From the human T2T-CHM13v2.0 reference genome, Homo sapiens, in assembly GCF_009914755.1 (NCBI RefSeq), contig NC_060929.1: DNA of 64,000 nucleotides. One strand, written 5' to 3'. Made by a program: the position numbers and the translations under genes. A model generated the notes under the pieces. It saw only the letters and a list, made by a program, of their open reading frames with translations. It had not been told where the DNA came from and did not search any database. Position 1 is the stretch's first letter. The number at the start of each line of letters is the position of its first letter. Below, piece after piece: positions 12,953 through 29,060 of this stretch.

Positions 12953-14263
12953 CATATAACTAGAATCTAGCTCCAGTGCAAAGGTACTTGGAAATAGTGG
13001 TTAGCCTATGACATCATTTGCTGAATGATAGTTCAGTGTGTGTGTGTGTGTGTATTTTCTGATAAACGTCAAGCCTAATTTGAGGCTTTAACATTGACCA
13101 AACAGCTATGAGAATGTGGATAGCAAGTTATAAATCACCCAGCCATTTGGGTGTGGATAAAAGTTCCAAGCCAAATACCTGAGTGTCCACTTCATAACGG
13201 GTATAATAAGGCTATTTGAAAGCATGACCTAGATCCCAAGCTATACTTTTTTTTAAGAGAACTCTGTGACGTGTTTATATGCACATATTGGAATTGTATC
13301 CAAGGGGAAAAAAAACAATTGACTTTCTGACTTTGTAGTCTTTCACTGACTTTTAAGGTATTTCATGAAATGAAGTAATAACTTCAAGATCAAGGACATT
13401 TTCCTTTGGGTCTTCATCAATTATTTCACTTTCTCTTGGCAAGGGCCTCCACCCACTTCTTCCAAAGTATCAACCACTGGGCTGATGCTGCACTGGAAAA
13501 AATTACTGTCCCTCTCTCTCTCTCTCTCTCTTCCTTTCTGGATGCATGTTCATGCCATTAAATTGTTTTAATCACTTCAACTTTTACTATAGTTTGGCAA
13601 TAGGTATGTCACTGAATTGTATGTTTCCAGTTTAATGCATTCAGAATGCATTCAAGTAGCTTCCAATGCACTTACTCATTGCTATTCAAATGAGATAACC
13701 ATATTTCAAAAAACAGAGCTCAGAGAGAGGGATGAGGTGACTAATGGGTTATAGGGGAAAACCATCTATCAAGACACACTGGAGACTGGACAGATGGTGA
13801 AGAAATACCCCCAAGTCCATTTCCCCAGCCCTGGAAGGCCCACTGATTTTATTTCCAGCAAACACACACCTTGGCTAGCTTCCCCTCACAAGCTTCTGGC
13901 TAATTTTTCCTATATTAAGATCTTAGAGAAGTAGGAAACTTACCTGTTTCTCACACCGAAGTTCATGAAAAAGCCAACCCCATAAGGAGCCAATCTTAGG
14001 AGCCCTAAGCAAGTGCTGCCAGTTACAGAGACAGCAGTGGCACAGCACTCATACATAGTGCTGGTTTTTAATGAGTGTTAGTAGGACTAGGACAAAGTGG
14101 AGTTTGGGGCAAACATTCAAAGTAAATAAAGTTTGTTCTCTTCACCCTACTTCTATTACTCATCTTTTAGGTCTCCAGGGCATCTTGTAACTCCATGAAT
14201 GCCCAAGTTTCAGTGCTGAACTTCTCTCTTTCTTTGAGAAATTAAGAAATTGACGCAGCTTCA

Positions 14264-14590
14264 GGCCGGACATAGTGGCTCAAGCCTGTAATCCCAGCAA
14301 TTTGGGGGGCCGAGGCAAGCAGATCACCTGAGGTCAGGAGTTCAAGACCAGCCTGGCCAAAATGGTGAAACCCTATCTCTACTAAAAATACAAAAAAAAT
14401 CACCTGGCATGGTGGCGCATGCCTATAGTCCCAGCTACTTGGGAGGTTAAGGCAGGAGAATCACTTGAGCACAGGAGGTGGAGTTGCAGTGAGCCGAGAT
14501 CGTGCCACTACACTCCAGCCTGGGCAACAGAGCAAGACTCTGTCTTAAAAAAAAAAAAAAAGAAAGAAAAAAGAAAAAAGAAAAAGAGAA
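14264..14590 (+). mobile_element. AluS (Sx-like)
   Basis: GATCACCTGAGGTCAGGAGTTCAAGACCAGCCTGGCC; TSD AAGA[A/C]ATTGAC[G/C]CAGCTTC. Confidence 0.95.
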
Positions 14591-14864
14591 GACATTGACC
14601 CAGCTTCTGAACTTCCAAGCCCTTCTTTTATATCAAGTGACCAGGATGATACCAATTTCTTGAGAATGATGTTGGACTTACACTAGACGATATGCATAAA
14701 AAACCTTGTAGAACCAGGCACATGTTAGGTGTGTTTCCTCCTCCACATTCTTTCTACCTTGGCCTTTCTTACAAGTTCCAGGGAGCTAACAGTGAGCTTC
14801 AAGGCAGAAAAGACTACCCCGTGACCAGATGTCTGGGACCTGAAACTTTAAAGTAGCCTATCAG

Positions 14865-15390
14865 GCAATTTGGCAATTTTTGTCAAATCCTAAGTGTGAG
14901 TCATCCAAAACAATACCGTTTCTAGAAATTTACCCTAAAGAGACATTCACCTAAGTATACAAGATGTGCACAGAAGGATGAACATCACGTCATTGCTAAT
15001 AATGACAAAGAATTGCAAACTACTGAAACAACTATCAAAAGGGTACTGGCTAAACATGGTATATCCATACAGTGAAATAGGATACAAGTATTTTTAAATG
15101 ATGTGACAATTCTATTTTTATTGATATTAAAATTTGTTGATGTGATATTCTAAAATAAAAAGAGGTTTACAAATCAGCACGTGTAGAGTGATTTCACATA
15201 TGAATCTGTTTATCTACAGCTATACTCATTCATACAGCTCTGCAAAATCAGATGGCTACAGAGAGATATCTGAAGAATGTTAAATAGGATTTTAACATTG
15301 TTTTATCTCAGAGTAGTGGGGTCTGAAGATATAGTCTACTTTTTTTCTTTTACTTTTCTATGAAAAGTTTTCTATGTGAAAACAATTTTA
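14865..15390 (+). mobile_element. L1ME-type 3' fragment
   Basis: TTCTAGAAATTTACCCTAAAG; TAAACATGGTATATCCATACAGTGAAATA. Confidence 0.75.
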
Positions 15391-16669
15391 AACAATAGGC
15401 TTATGCCATATTTATCCCAAAACATTAAAACTATCTTTCGACCTGTCCCCTGAAACGCTGAGCATGGATATTTCTACCCCAACTTGTACCTCATCTGTTC
15501 TCCACTGCTTATGATTACTTAAGGAGCTGTTTATCTTTCCATGAGACTGAAACCTCCTCTAAAATAAGGGTTGTATCTTTACCCCAGTCCACAGTGCCAC
15601 ACACCATTGCACTAACAGAAACTCAGTGAATGATTTCCACTTTGAAGTCTAGACCTCTGGTGATGTGGAAGCTGTTCCAAATTCTGACGTTGCCTGGCAG
15701 TGAAGCCATGGGGAACACCTGAGATGGCTCGTGCTAAAACATAAGTAGCATGATCTTGGAGATTCCTATTTTTCCTAATCTCATTATTCTGAAACCTAAC
15801 TTGTTCAATGCCTACAAAGCAAATGAAATCAGAGGACACATAGATCAGATTTATAGACTCTAAAATGCTGCAAGAATGTAATGTGAGATTAAAAATGGAA
15901 AACTCAGTGCCAACAAAAATAATAGCGACCCAAATCAATAATGATCCTAATAAAAAGAAAGACAATTCTAGTGGGCTCTAAATAACTTCCTATTGCCCTT
16001 TGTCTTTCCCTGCCCTCACCTCTGAGCCTTAATTCCTTGTGGACTTAACACTGATACTCAGTTTGGGGATTAAAGCAGGACCTGACCTGGATTTGCTCCA
16101 CATTGCCAATGCCCTAGATTGAAATGTTAAAGGACTTGGAATAAAAAAGTTGCATTTTCAGTAACGGCTTCATAGTGGCTGGGGAATTAATGTCAGCCAG
16201 GCAGTGATTTCCCAGTGGTTGGGTTTGTAGCAAAAGTCTTCAACTTTTATGTGTGGCCTGTTTGAAGTTGAAAATTGTTGTTAGACTCTCCAAAGTTGTT
16301 TGAGGTGTCACTCATCCTTCCCTTTTGTGTTGGGGTGAGGATGAGAAGCACAGCGGCTGGGAATAGTTCTGTGACTGCCACCCCCTGAGGCAGGTCCCTG
16401 CCAGGGCCCAATTGAGCCCATCTCCCAGGGTATTCAAAGCTTTCAGTGCAATGCAGCTCCGCATCTGTCTGTAGTCTTATCACCCACTACTCTTTTGCAG
16501 GAACTCTCCACTCCAGCAAGAGTGAGGAGCTCATGGCCCCATGAATGTGCTGTGCCAATGAGCATCTCTAGCATTTTTATTCAACATACGATTTGCCCTT
16601 TTAGGATATTGTGTTTCAGAGAGGCAGCAGCACAGGGAAATAATAATAATGATGATGATAGCATAGTAG

Positions 16670-16900
16670 CAATAATACCACAGCTAACATCTTACTTAGC
16701 ACTGATTATAGGCCAAAAGCTGGACATAAGATTCTTTCATTTGGTTGTCTCAATAACCCCATCAGATAGATGCAAATACCTCCATTTTACATAGGACGCA
16801 ATCGAGGCCCAGGAAGCTTAAAGGAGTTCACCAAGGTTATGCAGCCCATAAATCGGGGTTGGAATTCTTGTAGTGTGACTCTAGAACCTATACCTTTTGT
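16670..16900 (-). mobile_element. MIR SINE
   Basis: CTCCATTTTACATAGGACGCAATCGAGGCCCAG..CCAAGGTTATGCAGC. Confidence 0.75.
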
Positions 16901-16929
16901 TATTTTCTTCACCTAGGAATGTCTAGTCT

Positions 16930-17497
<568 letters not shown>

Positions 17498-17779
17498 ACC
17501 TCCTTTCTCTTGACAGTGCCACTCATTAGAGGTTTTATGTTCATCCTCAAGGGAGACAAAAGAAGGCTATGAGGAGTCTAAAAATCTAAAGCTTAGGTGT
17601 TCCTCTGCTAGTAAACCTGGAAGAACCACACATCTCAATAACTGTGGGCCGGAGGAGGCTAGAAAATACTGGATCCACCCAGTAACTTCCAGTATAGGGT
17701 AGAGTAGCAATTCAATTCATGGGCTTGGAATTTAGAATTTAAATCCTGACTCTTCTATGCTCTGGGTGAAGCAAATAGC

Positions 17780-18145
17780 TGCTCCTGTAAGATAGCACAC
17801 TCAATGCAATTTCCATGCCCTCCTGGTGCAACATCCACATCATAGAGGCTGGGAAACTAAAAATTGCATTGCCCAGGCTCCTTTGTACTTAGGACATCTC
17901 TACAAGACTTGGAGGCAGCCATGAGCATTGTGAGGTGACGGCTATGGGTAGGGAGAGAAGATCTTCATTGTAAAGGGGGCTCCTGTCCTCACATAGCTGT
18001 GGTTTCATTCCTAGTGCTCAGTCCCTAGTGTCAGAGGTGCTGTTGATGGGCAATGGAGGCAATAGGTGGTGGGCCTTTCTCCTTGATGTGTCCATATGTG
18101 GCCATGCAGTACCCAAACCCAGTTCTCTGGCCCTCTGAGAGCTTA
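17780..18145. mobile_element. Old ERVL LTR fragment (LTR16/LTR33-like)
   Basis: AGAGGCTGGGAAACTAAAAATTGCATTGCCCAGGCTCCTTTG resembles these LTR families; boundaries approximate. Confidence 0.5.
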
Positions 18146-19027
18146 AAAAAAATACCCCCAAAATCATTGTGAGATCTAAAGCATGATTCTCAGAAAATCA
18201 TATGCAAGGGAAACCGGGAGGGGAAATGGTACGTAACTGAGCCTGTTCCAGGAGAAGGAACAGGGTTTGTGAAGTTTCATAGGGAGCAAAGAACATGCTT
18301 TACTTGAGGAACTGAGTGTGATGTTGTGGAGACTGTAAGGAAGGGATCGGGAGAGGACATAGGTAAACCAGATAGCAAATGACCTGGAAAATAGCCTAGA
18401 GGTGTTTCGAATTTATTGGGCTTCCCTCAACCTGTCACTTAAAAACCACCAGTCTGGCATACCTAATTTTCCTCACTCAAACCACCCTTTTGCCAGTGTA
18501 CATAAGATGAATCCAACCAGACTGCAAGCTTCAGGGAGAAGGGGGAACATAAGCCCTACCTCTCAAGGGTACTGTCTTGCCTATGTAGCTTCTCCACAAA
18601 TACTTGTCAATTGTACTTTGTGTTAAGCAAAGTTGAATGAAGCATGTACTTGTGCCTGGAATTTGTGGTGAAATAGCAAATCGCTTCTATTTGGATAAAG
18701 ACCTCTGGGCCCCACCCAACATTCATACAGAGTTTGTTCTTTTGAACTAGCATGTGCCCTGAGCAATGAATGCTGTTTACAATGTGAAGGACTTATGGAC
18801 AGGGTGGCTCTCTCTTTCGACCTTGTTTGTTCTTTTTCTTTCCTATTATGGCATTAATTATTTCCTAACCACAAGGCCTCTTTTTTTTTTAACTTAGAAA
18901 TTATGCCATAAGTTTAAAAAAGTCATGGGCAGATCTTTTTTGGTTTGTTTACTTTTGTTTTGTATTTGAGTCCTAAGACTTTTGTTTCATAAGATGGTAT
19001 TTCAGCATTCTAGAGAACACTCTTTAG

Positions 19028-19353
<326 letters not shown>

Positions 19354-19574
19354 CCATTTGGGCATTTCTGACAGCAGGTGTGGAGCTAGTATGGAATCAC
19401 ACTGGCTATTGCCCTGTGGACTTTTGGGGACATCCTGGAAGGACTTGGTAGGTTCCTGAGGAAGGATTGAGACTAGAATCAAGAGACGTTTAATGGCCAC
19501 TCATCAGGAATCTATGTTGCCATTTCTTGGACTAAACAGTAAACTAAAACACTTGGATCTTCAATCGTGCGCTA

Positions 19575-19768
19575 GGGCTGGCTCAAACCAAATTACGAAA
19601 ACCAGTAATTAAGTATTCAGGATTTCTTCAAGTCAGGTGTCAAACAATTGGTAGCTTGAAATCATCCACAGTGGGAGTATTTACACCATGGAACTCAAGA
19701 ATGTTATAAATCAGGGCTTCTTCCTCCCTCCCTGCTTCCAGAGAGCTGGTTTATCAGCACATAACTGC
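19575..19768 (-). mobile_element. MER63-like hAT-Blackjack element
   Basis: TTGGTAGCTTGAAATC..GTGGGAGTATTTACACCATGGAA..AAATCAGGGCTT..GAGCTGGTTTATCAGCACA. Confidence 0.75.
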
Positions 19769-20063
19769 ATCTATCCTGTCTAAAAGAGTAGTGTTTTGTA
19801 TATACAGATTTTTTTCAAAAGGCCTGCACTCAGAAGCACTGGGAGAAAATGTATGATGGTTTAAATTTCATGTGGATGAAACCCACGTGTATATGTTTCC
19901 TGGAGAATATATTCCATGATGGAGCATAGCACAGGGTCTGGCACCTAGTAGGTGTTCAATAGACATCTGTTGAATGGATGAAGTTCTGGTGGGTTGACAA
20001 GCATCCCTGCAGTAGCATCAGGGAAGCTCAAGCCAATCTCCTACAGGAGTCCTTCCTGAACCA

Positions 20064-20134
20064 CTAACATTTGTAAGTAGCCACAAGACTCCTGTATGAA
20101 TTATGAAAAGGATATAGAATTAAGCATAATGTCT
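20064..20134 (+). repeat. 71-bp non-tandem duplication of 21504-21574
   Basis: Ungapped match, 60/71 by hand count; core CCACAAGAC.CCTGTATGAATTATGAAAA. Confidence 0.9.
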
Positions 20135-20340
20135 AGAGTTGCTCTAGAAGCTGGGTTGTCACTCATATAATACTTACGTCACTTTACTTTAAAAAACTTA
20201 CAACTCTATCCGTGTATTCAGCAACTATATTAAACTTTAAGCTCTGAGAACAGAATTTGTCTGATTTGCTGCTTTAACAAAGGAGGGACTCATAAAATTT
20301 ATTTTTTTAATGAGTAAAAAATTTAAAATATGCATAATAA

Positions 20341-20709
<369 letters not shown>

Positions 20710-21503
20710 TTAATGATGCTCACAATATCCTTGTGAGTGGGCAGAATGCAACAATTATCCTTCCAAGCAGCTAATATAGCGCCTGACATGTTAGGGACAC
20801 TAAACATTCATTGAATTAATTGTTAATTAATCATCCCCTTTCACAGATGAAGAAACAAGCTTTCAGAAGTTACCTGACATAGCTCAGTTTTCGTTAGTAT
20901 CATTTCTATTTACACTGTGCTGCCTGTCTTCATAGTCCCTTAACTTTAAAAAATGTTTCATTGTGCACTCTCTCTATCACCATCACAGTTCTATCAGATA
21001 GGCAGGTATTTTTATTCATGCTTTAGGAGGTTGTAACACAATGGCACAGAAAGTTTTAGTAAGATGCTTGAGATTGCATAGGGATTTGAGGGTAAAGCTT
21101 GTATTACAATCTATGTTGCCTAAGGATTCTGAAGCTAGACTGTATATTGCATAAGATTGTATCATATTTTACTGACTCATTCCTTCAAGAAAGACAGATT
21201 GGTGAAAACAGGCTAACAAGAAGCGCTGTATCGTAGCACATTCAGAAAGAATTTCTAAATATCGTTATGAACCTTCCAAACTTATTTATTTCACTTGAAA
21301 CATCTTAAAACATACTGATTATTAGATTTTCTGCTTTGCCACTTAAGTGTACTGAAGACTCAAATTGAAGTTTCAAATATAAAATTACAGGAAATTACCA
21401 ACTTTCTGTTTTGTGAATGGAATTTTGATTTTTTTAAATAATCTGAGGAGGTGCTGATTTTCCATGAATATGGAAATTCCATGATTGTTCTTTCTCTAGG
21501 ACT

Positions 21504-21574
21504 CTAACATTTCCAAATGGCCACAAGACCCCTGTATGAATTATGAAAACGACACAGAATTGAGCATGATGACT
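21504..21574 (+). repeat. 71-bp non-tandem duplication of 20064-20134
   Basis: Ungapped match at offset 1440. Confidence 0.9.
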
Positions 21575-22119
21575 TTTGCATTTAGGTTGTAAAACAATAT
21601 TATTCCCAACACAGAGCCTCATTTCCTATGAAAAGTTTGCTGCCAGTTTCCCACTTTTTCTGTGGACCGCATCACCACTCATTTCATTAAATCCACCAGA
21701 AACTCCTGGAAACATGCATGATGTCGGTTTTTTGGTTTTTTTTTTTTTTTTTAATGTGGGGGAAAAGAATTTTGGATGTGGGAGCTGGTTCACATTTCTA
21801 AAACATGTTTTTTCACTCTTGCTGTTCCCTTTTGACCTTCCTGAGGATGCATGTGGGTGTTAAATTGTTACCAAAGGGAGGGGCCCTTGTAACTACAACG
21901 AGATCCACACACACAAAGACACACTTTCCCACACACAGGACTTGGCTCGGTTGCACTTTCATGGAATGCTGAATGGAAAAGATGCAGGGTGTTTTTGATC
22001 TGCAAAAAAATTCAGCCAGTATAGTGGCCATCATTTTCTGTTTTAAAACAGCCAGATTAATATTTGGGTTGGAAGGCAATATGTGTGAGGGGAGAGGGTG
22101 TGGCTGGCAAATGTTTCCT

Positions 22120-22680
22120 CTCTCTTAAAAAAGTATAAACATGATATATTCTGTTTATAAACATTTAAATATTACAAAGAAATATGAAGTGAAAAGCAGA
22201 AGTTTCCCCTTTCTCCCATCTCATCTTACTCTTAAGAGTAACTATTATAAGGCTTATTCTTTGTTTTGAATTTTTTCTGTTTAATCAAGAATTGAGATTA
22301 TATAATTTGTGTTATTTCTTTTGAAGAAAGTTTATCACAAAAATGTATCTTACATACATATCCTACAACCTCCTTTTTTTTTTTCATTTAAAAATGGATT
22401 CTGGGTAATTATTTCTGTCAGGGTAGACTTCCAGGACTTCACTTATTCTTTTTTTAAGGGCTGTATAGTGTTTCATTGCATTGGCAGTGCCTTTTTAAAA
22501 AACTGATTCTCTATTGGCGAGCATTCGGATGGCTTCCAAATGTTCACTATTACTCATAGTGTCACCTTGAACCTCCGTCTTTACACAGTGGGGTTGTATT
22601 GCTCTAAGCTTGATTGATGGCAGTGGAATTTTTAGAGGGAGCGTATTATTAACACTTGTAATTCCAGGGAGGAATATCTG
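22120..22680 (-). mobile_element. L1ME-type 3' fragment
   Basis: TTCTTTTTTTAAGGGCTGTATAGTGTTTCATTG; CTATTGGCGAGCATTCGGATGGCTTCCAAATGTTCACTATTAC. Confidence 0.7.
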
Positions 22681-22859
22681 TATTAAAAAAAGAATTTCCA
22701 TTGATCAACACAAGCCAAGGCTCAGTTGTATGGAAGACAAGACCAGCGCCAAGATATACTCCTATTGTAGTATGCTTAATACTGGTTACTCATTAAAACC
22801 ACTTTGAGGAGGGGAACTTTCTGAAAGAAATCAATGTCTATACACCACTCTGACAAATT

Positions 22860-22940
22860 ACATCAGAATCTCTGGTACTGGGGCCCAAGTGTCTGTATAT
22901 TTTTCTAAAGCTCCTTAAGCCAGATTGGGAGCCACTGTTC
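22860..22940. mobile_element. MER5A fragment (hAT-Charlie)
   Basis: ATCAGAATCTCTGG..GGGGCCCAAG..CTGTATATTTT..AAGCTCC..GGGAGCCACTG. Confidence 0.65.
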
Positions 22941-23838
22941 TGGTGAAAGTGCCTCCAACATAGCAATGAATGTGCCATTGTTCTATGTCTCTCTAAGCTC
23001 ATATGTTTCATGGCCAAACATAGACAAGCATGTGTGTTTTATATAGTTAGAGTAATACATTTCTGGGATTTTTTCTTTCTTTTTTTTTTTCTTTTTACTT
23101 GGCTGTTTGGTACATTTGGCCTCAATTGCTATTAGATAGCCCAGAAACATAGTGTATGTTGTATACAGCTCTGCATACAAATAAGATCAGGAGAATGATC
23201 AAAGAGACAAATGGGAACTTTAATGGGGGAATGGTGAGAAGTCCTGGATGTGATTAAATGGAAGATAAAAGGGCCATTAAGCAACTGTGCAGAGTAATTT
23301 TCAGACTGAAAAATTGTAGACAGTCCTATATAAATAGAATCCATATAGGGCATTAACTACCAAGGTAAATGACCCTTCATCTTCTTCTCCTATATTTCTT
23401 CAATTCACAAAGTTTGGTTGGCAGATGATGCAAGGTATCTGAATATGTGCGATAGACAGAGGGTTGTCTTGTGCTGGCCAGGAGCTACCACCTTATAATA
23501 CTATAGATTTTCAGTATACTCTACAATGTGCAAATTGCATTCATGTGCATTATTTTATGTGACCCTCACATCATACTTGCAATGTTGGCAGAGAATACAA
23601 GAGTACCTTTATTACACAGAAGAAATTGAGACTTGAAGAGAAGGAACGAGACCAAGATAATAGTGTTAGCACATGAGAAAGCTGGAAAAACATTCACTTC
23701 TAATCAATGCCCCTGTGGAATTAGCCCCTAAAGTTTCTGGCTCCTAGGTTGTGCTCTTTATGTTAATGTACAAATGTCAGCAGGGGCAAACCAGACAGAG
23801 TGGTGTGGACTGTGGCAATTAGAAAAGAACCTTGTGTA

Positions 23839-24144
<306 letters not shown>

Positions 24145-24203
24145 CTATGCAAAGACACTGAAATTTTAAAAATTGTAAGTACAGTGTAAGAAAAAAAATT
24201 CTG

Positions 24204-24418
24204 TATATATAATATTATATTATATGTAAAATATAATGTATTATATTTTACATATAATATATTATATAATAAATATACATATATACGTATATATGTATAT
24301 ACGTATATATGTATAAACGTATATACGTATATATGTATATATATATGTATATACACATATGTATATATATACACATATATGTATATATACGTATATATAT
24401 ATATACATATATATATAT
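24204..24418. repeat. AT-rich (TA)n repeat with TACG/TATG variants and a perfect palindrome at 24216-24261
   Basis: Direct reading. Confidence 0.95.
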
Positions 24419-25889
24419 CGGGCCAGATTCAGCAGAGAGGCTTTCAATGTGACCCCAATTTTAGAAAATCTAGATTTTGCATAGTAGAAAACTAGAGAAA
24501 GAATTTGCCTTAGAAGTTGATAGAAATATTTCATAAACTATTAAGAAGATATTGGAAGTATTTTAAGCATAGATGAATGTGTTCCAGAAGTAGAGACCTT
24601 CTAGAATCTTTTCGTGTTTCAAAAGTATATATTAAGACATTTATCTGTAATGCCACTTTCCTCCAATCTCCTCTTTGTTACAAGACCTTGACATTGCTAA
24701 GCACGGATTTGACAACCCCAGTAATTTTCAGGAACATAACTTCCATGGTGGTCCAGGGATTGCTATTTGTTGCCCAGAGAGAAAACACATTATGACCCAT
24801 TTCCTCACGAGTTTGGATTGTTTTCCCAATTAGTCAGTAATCATCTTGCTGAGAATGTACAAGGCAGTGTGTTGGGATGGACCAGTAACTAGGGAATTTC
24901 TGAGCCAAAAGAATAGGAGAAAATTGATGTTGGAAACAGGAGGGCAAAATGAAGGCAGCAACACTAAAATTAAGGCAGAGAATGATGGACAGACCGTGGG
25001 CTCAGCTCAAGCCTTGAACTCTAAGTTTGAATCCTTTTAACCTTATACATTGAGAAAGTACTTTACATTTTTTCCTTAGCATTTTCTTCTGTTGATTTTC
25101 TCAACTATCTTGTGATTTCAGTGGGAAAGTCAATATTGGCTTAAATTTTTAGATGAACAGCAGCAGAAAATGTTTTAATAATTGCCTAAGGGTCTGAGTA
25201 CAACATTAATAGTCCAGCTGAGACCAGAACTCAGGACTCTGTACTGAAATCCTTGTCTCTGTATCTCATACTTCCTATTTCCAAACTGGATGAGGGCTTG
25301 CCTTATGGTGGTGTATATTCGGCAGCAGATGCTTCAATAAACAAGAAAACCTGCCTTCAGGTTCACGTTTGGGGCATGAAGAAGAGGAAGGGAAATACTT
25401 CAACTTAGCAGATGAAAAGGAAAATGACAGAAGAGCTGAAGATTTCTGTGTGAGAAAAGATATTTATTTCTCCTCTGACTGCTAGAGAAGGGAAGAGCAG
25501 GGAGAATCATAACATGTGTGTGGGTGTAGATATGGATCCTATATTATGTTGTTACGTAAATCTGTTTGTAATCTTTGAGACTGTTTCAGGAATAAGATCC
25601 ATGAGATAATGCTAGAAGCAAACAGTTTTATGATTTTTTTTAAACAACAAAAGACAGGAACTTAATTTTAACTTGGCTTGACCAAAATTCTAGGACAGGC
25701 AATTGACTAGAGAAGCACTGAAGCCTGAGCAAAAATTGTGGTGATTTCTAAGAGCCAACATGGATTCACCAACAATGAACACAATTCCTTTTTTAAAAAT
25801 TGTATTATCACATCAAGAGATCAAGAAGACATAAATAAAGTCAATCTGAATTTTAGTAAAGCTTTGGGCAGAATTTTTTTTTTTGAAAA

Positions 25890-26565
<676 letters not shown>

Positions 26566-27249
26566 CTATCAAGGGAAAATTATCTGGGTCAACCTAGAGG
26601 AGGGTCTTTATTGGCAGGCCACTTGGTTCTACCATTGACTAGGTTATACTGAAAGTTTTATCAAGTCTCTGCATATGTGCTTATGAAACTTTCAGATAAA
26701 GAAAAACCCCAGGGGACTACTGATAGGCTGTTATACAGATTTATCGGATATCGTGCTTAAAAACTTGAAGTAAGACAGTTAATGAGAAAATAAAAAGAAG
26801 TATGTGTCTGGGGGGATTGTGGAAGGGGCAGGACTTCCCATGTCTTCCTTCATCTGTGTGGAGTAAGTTAAGGATAGGTGTTATGGAGACCTTAGATCCT
26901 CCACCTATCCTTAGGTAGTGCAATGTGTCTGGAAGCTGAACTCTCAGCAGGCACTTTCTGTTTAAGAGGAGGAGCACAACTTTGGGAAAAGAGAAGAGAT
27001 ATTTGGGGCGCAAGCAGCATTGCAATAAAGAATTACAGAGCAGAAAAGAATGTGAGAAGTCAGAAAGCAGGACAGTTAGAACTTCTGAGAAGCATTTTAT
27101 ACGCTACTCCACTTAAACTTACAGTAAGAATTTTCCATTCTTTCTCAATATTTCTGGAGTAGTATCTTTGCCACACAGAAAAGACTAGGCCATATGGGGG
27201 ATATTGCAAGTAACAAAATTAAGTTTCACAATGATATAATAAAGGGAGA

Positions 27250-27741
<492 letters not shown>

Positions 27742-27934
27742 TCAAGCTCAATGTATACAATAAGGAAAACGATAACTCTTCACATCCTTGGAAAGGAATC
27801 CTGTAGAAAAAGTACTCCATTTTCTTAATTGAAGAATGAGAAGCTCAGTAATGAGATCCCTAAGTCTCTTTTCAACTTTAACCTTTTTTCTGAACAAATG
27901 GAATCATCTTGTTCTTCATTGTTCTAAAAAGGCC

Positions 27935-28137
27935 AGGGTGAAAGTAACCAAGAGGCAGATTTAGATGTCAGAAAAAATGTAGAACTTTTCCCATTACAGC
28001 GACCTCTGAAGGTAATGAGGCTCTCATCATGTGAGGTAGTTAATCCAGATCAGCTGTGGGGATGCCATGACATAGATTTCTCCCTGCAAGAAAAATTGTT
28101 CTGGACCTCTGAAATTTTTTTCAACTCTAAAAGTTAT
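27935..28137 (+). mobile_element. CR1/L3 3' end fragment
   Basis: AGAGGCAGATTTAG..GGTAATGAGGCTCTCATCA..GACCTCTGAAATTTTTTTCAACTCTAAA. Confidence 0.6.
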
Positions 28138-28170
28138 ACACACACACACCCACACACACACACACACACA
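28138..28170. repeat. (CA)n microsatellite
   Basis: Direct reading. Confidence 0.95.
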
Positions 28171-28394
28171 CGTTTCATATGTACACATTTTAAATTAAAT
28201 GTGTAATTTGAATATTTTGCACAGTCATAACTGCAAATTTTGCATACAAGCCCATCCCACTTGGATGACGAATTTTATAAATTACTATTTCTGTTGTTAA
28301 TTTTTCCTCCTTTTCTTCAATTAAAAATTAAGTGTACTATATATTTCATCACATTAGACCTCTTAAACTAACTCATTTCTAAAGCTCTTTACAA

Positions 28395-28409
28395 TTCTGC
28401 ATAACAAAG
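28395..28409 (-). promoter_or_regulatory. Candidate SOX-OCT composite motif
   Basis: Reverse complement CTTTGTTATGCAGAA versus consensus CWTTGTYATGCAAAT (13/15), in repeat-free sequence. Confidence 0.45.
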
Positions 28410-28914
28410 TTGTCCCTTTTGTCAACTACATGCTGTCCAAGAGTTACTAATGGAGTTGATAATGCAGTTCTTGCTGCAGCCGACTTTGGCACTGTGAAAA
28501 GTAAGGACATCATGCTAACCGATCCAAGCCTGTCCCAAGTAACCTTGGTCACAGGGTCTCATTAATCACAATATATTTTCCATAGCAACAAAATCGCACA
28601 TTCAATAAAAAGCAATTGCTCTTAGCAAGAGTGGAGCCCCAGGAGGTGGAGCAGGAGAGCATTATTTTTTACAGCAGCTAGAGGACGTAAGTTCTATTAG
28701 AAGAAAAGGCAGTAGGAAAGCGTAGTATAAAAAATGATGGCTTCCTTACAGCAGGTCCCAAAGGGTAACTGGGCATGTTAGGTGTGGGAGGGGTGCACTT
28801 TCTATTTCTTTCAAGGTAAGGGAAAACAGTCATGTTTAGAGCTCTGGTGATTGGTCCCATTTGTCACATGGCAGTGTCTCATCCTAACAGTGCAATGGAA
28901 AGAATCATTATAAT

Positions 28915-29060
28915 AATAACAATGGATAACATTTAGTGAGGGCCTACTGTATGTCAGATACTGTACTAAGAACCATACAGGCTTTATCTCATCTAACTCC
29001 ATAAGAACTCTTTCATGTAAGTCTTATTATCACCATTTTTCAGTTGAGTGAACCAAAGTT
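28915..29060 (-). mobile_element. MIR SINE
   Basis: AACATTTAGTGAGGGCCTACTGTATGTCAGATACTGTACTAAG. Confidence 0.75.

Noticed and set aside
10977-13946. Consensus splice donors (10977 +, 12380 +, 13938 -)
   Set aside because: Isolated, on both strands, without strong paired acceptors; roughly what chance would give.
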